Positions 1 through 6,670 of a stretch of 18,950 nucleotides of DNA are shown here, in pieces. Numbering within the stretch: position 1 is the stretch's first letter; each line of letters opens with the position of its first letter. A model generated the notes under the pieces. That model did no database searches, was not told the origin of the DNA, and saw only the letters and a program-made list of their open reading frames with translations. The DNA is from Candidatus Hermodarchaeum yapensis (GTDB lineage Archaea > Asgardarchaeota > Hermodarchaeia > Hermodarchaeales > Hermodarchaeaceae), in assembly GCA_016840405.1 (NCBI GenBank), contig JAEOSK010000043.1, positions 1 through 18,950 of the forward strand, given 5' to 3'. The position numbers and the translations under genes are program-made.

Positions 1-1
1 C

Positions 2-424
2 ACTAGGTGTGATGTACAACAAAGCCTCACGTGGACAAAATTGAGCGCACATAGCATAGCCTTCGCACAAATCACATTTGACGGTACGACCGTCTGCGGG
101 ATCAATGTGAATTCCACCAAAGGGGCAGGCCACCAGACATTGATGGCACCCAATGCAATTATCTTGATTGATACACACGGCATTGGTTTCGGCGTCACGA
201 TAGATGGCTTCAGACGGACAACTTTCCATACATAATGGAGTGTCGCAATGCTGACAAATTACTGGAATGTTAATGCCCTGTTTTTCATCCCGAATTATTG
301 AAAGCAAAGCTCTGGCGGGGTTGTATTCGTTGTTATGCCGAAACGAACAGACGAGAGTACAAATCCCGCAACCAGTGCATTTCTCTGGATCAACGACGAG
401 AACTTTATTGCCTGATTTAGTCAT
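2..424 (-). CDS. 4x[4Fe-4S] electron-transfer protein (DmsB/CooF/HydN-like, AOR small-subunit type); 3' end runs off the window
   Basis: Not in the ORF track; translated by hand from ATG at 424: MTKSGNKVLVVDPEKCTGCGICTLVCSF...PVICQHCDTPLCMESCP...NQDNCIGCHQCLVACPFG...KCDLCEGYAMCAQFCPREALLY. Four Cys clusters in the DmsB-family arrangement, open to the window edge. Confidence 0.93.
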   Translation of the reverse strand, partial: MTKSGNKVLVVDPEKCTGCGICTLVCSFRHNNEYNPARALLSIIRDEKQGINIPVICQHCDTPLCMESCPSEAIYRDAETNAVCINQDNCIGCHQCLVACPFGGIHIDPADGRTVKCDLCEGYAMCAQFCPREALLYITPS

Positions 425-520
425 GAGAACCACACGTCCTGAAAAAAAGGGTTATGGAAGGCTTAAAGGGTTACTCGATTACCATAAATCATCAATTTGG
501 AAATCTTGGAGTGCAGAATA
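425..520. promoter_or_regulatory. Divergent promoter region between the Fe-S gene and the ssnA-like gene
   Basis: 96-bp gap between divergent starts, with A-runs and a CTTAAA TATA-like hexamer near 463-468. Exact elements are not resolved. Confidence 0.4.
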
Positions 521-1852
521 ATGCGGACTTTGATTCAAAACGCTATAATCATCACAATGGACCCACAACGCCGCGTACTAACCAATACCGATCTTCTGAT
601 CGAAGATTCAGTCATTGCATCATTTGGTAAGGGGCTCAAGGAAAAAGCTGATCGGGTGATTGACGGAACTGGTCGTATGGTATTGCCGGGTTTCATTTGT
701 GGTCATACGCATCTCTATGGAATCATGCTTCGCGGAGCTCCAATGGATATCAAACCAACAACGGATTTTCTTCAAATTCTTGACCGCATTTGGTGGAAAG
801 TGGATTCAGCCTTTGTAAATGAAGATGCGTACGCGAGTGCGCTCGCATCCTGCTACGAGTTTGTAAAGAGTGGAACAACCTGTTTTGCTGACACCTATTC
901 AGGCCCTGGGTCCGTTGAAGGCGTATTAGATGAAATAGCGAAGGGTGTCACCGAGGTTGGAATTAGAGGTATCCTAGCGTTTGAAGCCACTGAAAGAAAC
1001 TCCAAAGAGGAAGGTGAACGGGGTCTCAAAGAGAACGTCCGATTCCTCAAAAAGCTCCAGAAAAGCCCCCATGACCTTCTTTATGGTATGTATAGCCTTC
1101 ACGCTTCGTTCACCCTCAGTGATGAACTTATCCAAAAGACCCGGGACCAAGCAGATCAACTGCCCGCACCACTCACTATCCACACCAGTGAAGGTCTCAT
1201 CGATGTTTACCACAATATCGAACGATATGACAAACGAACCGTCGAGCGGTTATTTGATCTCGGAATACTGGGTTCTGATGTCGTCCTTGCTCATTGTGTT
1301 CATGTAAACCATGATGAACTTGAACTCATTCGAGGAAGCGGCGCGACTGTTGCCCATAACCCGATGAGTAATATGAACAATGCAGTGGGAGTTGCCCCCA
1401 TCAAAGAAATGTATGAGCACGGAATTTCTGTCTGTTTAGGAAACGATGGATTCATCTTCGACGCCATTGAAAATATCCGTACAGCATATCTCATTCACAA
1501 AGTGCACCACCTTGACACAAGAGTTACAACACCTCAACAAGTCATCGAGATGGCAACAATAAACGGAGCTCAAGCCTATGGCTTGGCAGATAAACTGGGC
1601 TCCATTGAAGCCGGAAAACAGGCCGATCTAGTGATGTTGCATCCTAATCCACGCGTTACCCCGATTCTTCCCGGTGGAGTATATGGATACATTATCTACG
1701 GTTGTACTGCACATGATGTTGAACATGTATTTGTAAACGGGAACCAGGTTGTTGAAGATCACCAGGTAACCTCTGTCAAACAGGAAGACGTTGAAAAAGC
1801 TCTAGACCGTGTTGTTCCAGCTCTATGGAAAAAGCTTGGAATCGATGTTTAA
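521..1852 (+). CDS. ssnA: SsnA-like metal-dependent amidohydrolase
   Basis: PGFICGHTHLYG (HxH), DFLQILDRIWWKVD, EATERN...ENVRF, HASFT, HTSE, HNPMSNMNNAVG and GNDG parallel the E. coli SsnA motifs as recalled (DFISTLKNLWWRLD, ETTDRN..ENIRF, HAPFT, HNARSNMNNHVG). ATG 521 is preferred over the track start 497 because GGAGTG lies at 508-513. The SsnA DHHAS motif reads DTYSG here. Confidence 0.8.
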   Translation: MRTLIQNAIIITMDPQRRVLTNTDLLIEDSVIASFGKGLKEKADRVIDGTGRMVLPGFICGHTHLYGIMLRGAPMDIKPTTDFLQILDRIWWKVDSAFVNEDAYASALASCYEFVKSGTTCFADTYSGPGSVEGVLDEIAKGVTEVGIRGILAFEATERNSKEEGERGLKENVRFLKKLQKSPHDLLYGMYSLHASFTLSDELIQKTRDQADQLPAPLTIHTSEGLIDVYHNIERYDKRTVERLFDLGILGSDVVLAHCVHVNHDELELIRGSGATVAHNPMSNMNNAVGVAPIKEMYEHGISVCLGNDGFIFDAIENIRTAYLIHKVHHLDTRVTTPQQVIEMATINGAQAYGLADKLGSIEAGKQADLVMLHPNPRVTPILPGGVYGYIIYGCTAHDVEHVFVNGNQVVEDHQVTSVKQEDVEKALDRVVPALWKKLGIDV

Positions 1853-1855
1853 TAG

Positions 1856-2149
1856 TCAGAATGAGAAGGTGCCACCAGCTACAGGTGGAAAAATCGCAAT
1901 CACATCTCCATCCGATAGAGGAGTATCAAGTCCCTGTAATACATGAAGCCCGCGACCATTCACAAGGAGCTTGATGTATCGGCGTAGATTTCCTTCTTCA
2001 TCGAATACGGTGTTACAGAAACCCTTTCCGCGTTCTTCGCAGAGTTGAGTTAGTAAGTCCGAAACGGTGCGTCCTTTGAGTGTAATTGTGAGTTGGTGGA
2101 ACCCCAGCGTTTCTGTAAATGGTCCAATGGTTCGGACTACAACATGCAT
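1856..2149 (-). CDS. MoaD/ThiS/SAMP family ubiquitin-like sulfur-carrier or modifier protein with a C-terminal extension
   Basis: About 97 aa beta-grasp pattern: MHVVVRTIG...IKLLVNGR...LDTPLSDGDVIAIFPPVAGG-TFSF*. Start ATG 2149 is chosen because GGAG lies upstream and the length fits the family. Confidence 0.92.
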   Translation of the reverse strand: MHVVVRTIGPFTETLGFHQLTITLKGRTVSDLLTQLCEERGKGFCNTVFDEEGNLRRYIKLLVNGRGLHVLQGLDTPLSDGDVIAIFPPVAGGTFSF

Positions 2150-2268
2150 TATTGATGTGCTCCACACACGTGGATTGCTCATATATTCAAAAAAGTGCTG
2201 GTTTGGCAAAACTTCTCAGAAACCGAATCCTTAAGAGGAAAAGCAGAACAAGCCCTTTGCTGATTCCT

Positions 2269-3660
2269 ATGGCAGACTTGATTATTGACGGAGCCACGGT
2301 CATCACCGTCGACCCGCAGCGTCGTGTTATTGCTGATGGTGCTGTTGTTGTGGAGAACCAACGGATTATTGCCGTTGGAAAATCAAATGAAATCAAGCAG
2401 AAATACAGTGCTGATACGCGTATTCATGCGGAAACTAAGATTCTCATGCCTGGTCTAATTGATTGTCACGTTCACTTGGCTCAGGCGCTTATTCGGGGAA
2501 CGGCTGATGATGTTGATCTCATTCCCTGGCTTCGGGATTATGTCTGGGTTTTGCAGGGAAATTTCACTCCTGATGACGGAAAAGCGAGTGCGGAGCTCTG
2601 TATTGCTGAGATGCTCAAATCGGGCACAACGAGTTTCCTTGAAAGTATGATCCATAAACGGTATGGCATGGACGGTATTGCACAAGTTGTTGAACGAACT
2701 GGAATTCGTGGCTGCCTTTCCAAACTTTTCATGGATTGGACTGGATACGCTGGAGAAGACGCCATAATGTATGAGGGAATGATTGAGGATGGCGAGGAAT
2801 GTATCTCTGAAACTCTAGCAATGCACAAGAAATGGCAAGGAGCCGCAGATGGACGCGTCTACATATGGTGGGGCGCTCGAACACCTGGAGCTGTAAGCCC
2901 GGAGTTGTATCGACGAGTCGCAGACCTTGCTAGAAAACGTCATATGCGGATTACAATGCATCTGGGAGAAGTGAAAGAAGATGTTGAATATACCACTTCC
3001 CAGTTCAACCAGTTACCAGCAGAATTCGCTCGTGATGTTGGAATGATGGGAGAGAACGTGGTGCTTGTTCACGGAGTTTGGATTAGCCCCAAGGAATACC
3101 CTATTTTCACAGATACCGGAACTCACATGTGCCATTGTCCAGCTAGCAACTCGAAACTAGCCTCAGGCATTGCAAAGATTCCCGAAATGCTACAAGCCGG
3201 AATTAACGTGTGTCTTGGCTGTGATGGAGGTCCAAGTAACAACGCCTATGACATGTTTCGTGAGATGTATCTTGCTGCTATTATCCACAAAGCACGTACT
3301 CTTGACCCCCTCATAATGCCTGCAGAAACCGTGTTAGAGATGGCGACAATCAACGGGGCTAAAGCCTTAGGTCTGGAGCGAGAGATAGGGAGTATAGAGG
3401 CTGGTAAAAAGGCTGACTTAATTCTTGTCGACACACGACAACTAAACTTAGCCCCGACCTATAATCCGGTGAGTAATATCATCTATACTGCAAATGGTTT
3501 CAACGTCTACACAACGATTGTCAATGGCCAAATCCTTGTCCATGAGGGGAAGTTGTTAACATTAGATGAAGACCAAGTCATTGAGAATGCCCATAAACGG
3601 GGTGAAAAGCTGCTCGATCGAACAGGTGTCAATATTCAGAGTAGATGGCAAAGAAATTAA
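2269..3660 (+). CDS. Amidohydrolase of the TRZ/ATZ/MtaD family, probable purine/heterocycle deaminase
   Basis: MPGLIDCHVHLAQ (HxH..Q), EMLKSGTT, MHLGE (catalytic Glu), VHGV, HCPASNSKLASG, LGCDGGPSNN, GSIEAGKKAD. Family similarity begins at ATG 2269; the track start 2119 would overlap the MoaD gene. Confidence 0.9.
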   Translation: MADLIIDGATVITVDPQRRVIADGAVVVENQRIIAVGKSNEIKQKYSADTRIHAETKILMPGLIDCHVHLAQALIRGTADDVDLIPWLRDYVWVLQGNFTPDDGKASAELCIAEMLKSGTTSFLESMIHKRYGMDGIAQVVERTGIRGCLSKLFMDWTGYAGEDAIMYEGMIEDGEECISETLAMHKKWQGAADGRVYIWWGARTPGAVSPELYRRVADLARKRHMRITMHLGEVKEDVEYTTSQFNQLPAEFARDVGMMGENVVLVHGVWISPKEYPIFTDTGTHMCHCPASNSKLASGIAKIPEMLQAGINVCLGCDGGPSNNAYDMFREMYLAAIIHKARTLDPLIMPAETVLEMATINGAKALGLEREIGSIEAGKKADLILVDTRQLNLAPTYNPVSNIIYTANGFNVYTTIVNGQILVHEGKLLTLDEDQVIENAHKRGEKLLDRTGVNIQSRWQRN

Positions 3661-3690
3661 AAGCGCCATAAGCTCTTAACGCAAATAATT

Positions 3691-3696
3691 GAGGTG
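3691..3696 (+). promoter_or_regulatory. Shine-Dalgarno GAGGTG of the first carbamoyltransferase
   Basis: GAGGTG lies 9 nt upstream of ATG 3706. Confidence 0.6.
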
Positions 3697-3705
3697 TCTC
3701 TAGAT

Positions 3706-4767
3706 ATGAGTGCAAATATTGTTGGAAAATATCGTGGTCGCGACTGGTTGACAATCCAAGATTGGTCACAAGAAGAGCTGCAAACGCTCATCGATGCGGC
3801 AATGAAAATTAAGAAATTACAAAAAGAGCGAAAACCTCACGATTATCTTCTACGACAAACATTGTTCATGATTTTTTTCAATCGGTCCCTTAGAACTCGA
3901 AATTCCTTCGAGGCAGGAATGACCCAGATGGGAGGACATGCCCACTTCCTATCGCCTCAAGACGTTTACCGACCAGCATTACCCGACGATGAAGAGGCAT
4001 ACACCAGTGAAAGAATTTCCGATGTTGCTCGTGTACTAGCCCGTATGGGTGATGCAGTTGCGATTCGAATCTACGGATCACATGCCAGGTGGATTTATGG
4101 ACGAGGTCACAGAGTTCTTCGCGAATTTGCCAAATGGTCCGATATCCCTATCATCAACATGGAAGATGACGTATATCATCCGTGTCAAGCGATGGCAGAT
4201 ATGCAAGCGATTCAAGAGGTTTCACCTAAAGTACAGGGGAAAAAGTTCGTAATGAGCTGGGCGTATAGTCCGAGCATGAAAAAACCCCTTGCAGTCCCAC
4301 AGAGTGGTGTTCTAATGGGTACGAAGTGGGGTATGGATACAGTGTTAGCGCATCCGAAGGGCTTTGAGCTTGATCCCAAGATAATTGAAATGTGTGAGAA
4401 GAATGTAGCAGATTATGGGGGATCCTTTGAAGTCACTAATGATATGGAGGAAGCGTTTTCTGGTGCGCATTATGTGTATCCTAAGTGTTGGACGAGTAAA
4501 CATCATATCCCACCCATCGCGCCCACTGAGGACTGGGAGGGCTGTCAAAAATTATTTGACGCAAATAAGGACTGGATTGCTGACGAAAAAAAGATGGACT
4601 TAGGCGCTAAAGATGTCAAGTATATGCACTGTCTACCCGCAGACAGAGGGTTTGAAGTAACAGATGAAGTGCTAGATGGGAAGTGGAGCATTGCATTCGA
4701 CGAGGCCGAAAACAGACTTCACACCCAGAAGGCCATCATGGCGGCTGTAATGGGATACCCGGAGTAG
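3706..4767 (+). CDS. Carbamoyltransferase of the N-acetylornithine (AOTC)/YgeW knotted type; substrate uncertain
   Basis: FFNRSLRTRNSF, HPCQAMAD, HCLP and AENRLH motifs. SWAYSPSMKKPLAVPQS resembles the YgeW loop TWAYSPSYGKPLSVPQG, and there is an extended 80s loop like AOTC. SD GAGGTG at 3691-3696 precedes ATG 3706. Confidence 0.9.
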   Translation: MSANIVGKYRGRDWLTIQDWSQEELQTLIDAAMKIKKLQKERKPHDYLLRQTLFMIFFNRSLRTRNSFEAGMTQMGGHAHFLSPQDVYRPALPDDEEAYTSERISDVARVLARMGDAVAIRIYGSHARWIYGRGHRVLREFAKWSDIPIINMEDDVYHPCQAMADMQAIQEVSPKVQGKKFVMSWAYSPSMKKPLAVPQSGVLMGTKWGMDTVLAHPKGFELDPKIIEMCEKNVADYGGSFEVTNDMEEAFSGAHYVYPKCWTSKHHIPPIAPTEDWEGCQKLFDANKDWIADEKKMDLGAKDVKYMHCLPADRGFEVTDEVLDGKWSIAFDEAENRLHTQKAIMAAVMGYPE

Positions 4768-4768
4768 T

Positions 4769-5788
4769 TCAAAGTAGATTCCCATCGCTCATTACCAGCG
4801 AGAGAAGACCTTTCTGAAGATGTAAGCGGTTTTCAGCCTGATCGAAGATAACACTTTGGGGACTATCCACAACTTCGTCTGTGGCTTCCTCCCCACGAAA
4901 GACAGGGAGACAATGCATGTAAATTGCATCTTTACTTGCTAAATCCATTAGCTCAGAGTTACAGATCCAGTTTTGATATTGTTCATGCAGTTGTGCTTCC
5001 CTGTCTTCACCCCATTTATCGATGCCCATTGCAGAACATTCAGCGCTCATCCATGAACGGGGATAGACGACATGGGCTCCTGAGTACCCTTCTTTGATGT
5101 CGTTCGTAATGGAAAACGCACCCCCAGATTCATTGGCGTTTTGGCTGCACCAGCCCATGATTTCAGGGTCAAGTTCGAATCCAGGAGGATGCGCAAGGGT
5201 CACATCCATACCAAAACGTGTTGCAGTAAGAATAGCGCTTTGTACACTGCACCAAGACCTTGAATGGCGACTGTAAGCCCATGAAAATAGGAATTTCTTT
5301 CCTTGGATTTTCGGGAAGTTTTCTTGAACGGTCATGAGATCCGTTAGTGATTGACAAGGATGGAATTTGTCATCAGCCATGTTGATGATGGGAATATTCG
5401 CCCACTTGGCATACTCACGAAGAACCTGGTTTCCACGTCCATAAACATAACCAACCGCTTTTTCGAGGATACGGATTCCGATGCCATGCCCGTACCGGGC
5501 TAGCGTATTGGCAGTGTCTTTAACACTCTCTCCTTCCCCAAGACGCATGGCACCGGGTTCAAGAAATTGAGCGTGCCCCCCTAACTCAGTTAGAGCTGTT
5601 TCAAAACTGGCACGAGTACGTGTGCTTGTATTGTAAAATAACATGAAAAAGGTCTTATCGGGCAATAGATGAGAGGTTTTGCCGGCTTTTGTCTTTTTCT
5701 TCAGATCCTTTGAGAATTTGAGGATTGCTTCGAGTTCTTCTCGGGTCCACTCTTGAGTTGTAATCATGTCTTTGCCACGAAGATCCAT
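4769..5788 (-). CDS. Second carbamoyltransferase (ornithine carbamoyltransferase superfamily, YgeW/AOTC-related); substrate uncertain
   Basis: FYNTSTRTRASF, HPCQSLTD, FSWAYSRH, TRFGMDVTLAHP, YPRSW, HCLP, AENRLH. It lacks the GDGNN and DxxxSMG motifs of canonical ArgF. Confidence 0.9.
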   Translation of the reverse strand: MDLRGKDMITTQEWTREELEAILKFSKDLKKKTKAGKTSHLLPDKTFFMLFYNTSTRTRASFETALTELGGHAQFLEPGAMRLGEGESVKDTANTLARYGHGIGIRILEKAVGYVYGRGNQVLREYAKWANIPIINMADDKFHPCQSLTDLMTVQENFPKIQGKKFLFSWAYSRHSRSWCSVQSAILTATRFGMDVTLAHPPGFELDPEIMGWCSQNANESGGAFSITNDIKEGYSGAHVVYPRSWMSAECSAMGIDKWGEDREAQLHEQYQNWICNSELMDLASKDAIYMHCLPVFRGEEATDEVVDSPQSVIFDQAENRLHLQKGLLSLVMSDGNLL

Positions 5789-5880
5789 TTTAATCAGCTA
5801 CAGATTCTTGTTGTGTGGATGCGGTAGAGCTAAAACCTTTTGAAGCTTTCGAGAGGACGCTATCGCGAAGGGATTCCACT

Positions 5881-6651
5881 GTGAGGTTTTTCGATACCCA
5901 TTCACACTTGGAGATGTCTCGACTTTACCCAAAGGCTGAAGCCATCGTTCGTCGCGCTCGCGAGGCAGGAGTTATTGGAGTCGTAGTGAGTGCTGTTGAG
6001 CCAAAGTATTACCCTAAGGCATTGGATTTACAGAAACGATTTTCAGGATTTATTTGGCCCACCTTTGGTTTACATCCTCCAAGAGCGACACCTCAGATGG
6101 TCAAACGGGCTATTGGTGCCATCTACGATTATGCAGAGGATATTGTCGCAATTGGTGAAGTTGGTTTGGATTACTATTGGGTGAAAGGCGCCAAGGAGCG
6201 AGAATATCAAAAGAGCGTGTTTATTGAATTCATTCACCTTGCTGATGAATTGAATTTACCGTTAGTTGTGCACTCGCGAGAGGCAGAGGCTGATGCGATG
6301 CAGATTTTACGGGAAGAGAAGATGTTTGATGTCCAGCTGCATTGTTTTAATGATCCTGAACATGTTCAGCAGGCGGCAGAAGAACGGTTCTTCATGAGCG
6401 TTCCCACTAGTGTTGTTTCGCGTCAACGAATGCAACGTATAGCCAAGGCGATGCCTTTGGAAAACATGCTTCTGGAAACTGATGCGCCATATTTATCTCC
6501 TGTTCCTGGACAGACAAATGAGCCGTCAAATCTTCCACTTGCTGCGGCTAAAATTGCTGAACTCAAGGGTTCAACAACTGAAGTGATTGCTAGTACTACA
6601 ACTACAAATGCTCTGAATTTCTTACATCTACAACATGCGTACCAGGAATAA
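5881..6651 (+). CDS. tatD: TatD family deoxyribonuclease/hydrolase
   Basis: DTHSH, GLHP, AIGEVGLDYY, LPLVVHSREA, LHCF, LLETDAPYL, NEP. Family similarity starts at GTG 5881, so the track start 5815 is probably too long. Confidence 0.93.
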   Translation: MRFFDTHSHLEMSRLYPKAEAIVRRAREAGVIGVVVSAVEPKYYPKALDLQKRFSGFIWPTFGLHPPRATPQMVKRAIGAIYDYAEDIVAIGEVGLDYYWVKGAKEREYQKSVFIEFIHLADELNLPLVVHSREAEADAMQILREEKMFDVQLHCFNDPEHVQQAAEERFFMSVPTSVVSRQRMQRIAKAMPLENMLLETDAPYLSPVPGQTNEPSNLPLAAAKIAELKGSTTEVIASTTTTNALNFLHLQHAYQE

Positions 6652-6670
6652 GGGAGAAAGATAAATCACT

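Noticed and set aside
41-521. + strand ORFs 41-235 and 267-521
   Set aside because: They are antisense shadows of the clear minus-strand 4Fe-4S gene.
1856-1858. Selenocysteine read-through of the MoaD TGA, prompted by the SsnA-selenium association
   Set aside because: The TGA is not at a conserved Cys position, read-through would run antisense into ssnA, and I saw no SECIS-like hairpin.
2119-2268. 50-aa N-terminal extension of the second amidohydrolase
   Set aside because: It overlaps the MoaD gene and the divergent promoter gap; family similarity starts at ATG 2269.
3706-5788. Calling the carbamoyltransferases argF or pyrB
   Set aside because: They lack the DxxxSMG/GDGNN motifs of OTC and the RxQxER/HPLP motifs of ATC.
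5881-6651. TatD as part of a defence system or the purine pathway
   Set aside because: It has ordinary housekeeping TatD motifs and no defence-type neighbours.
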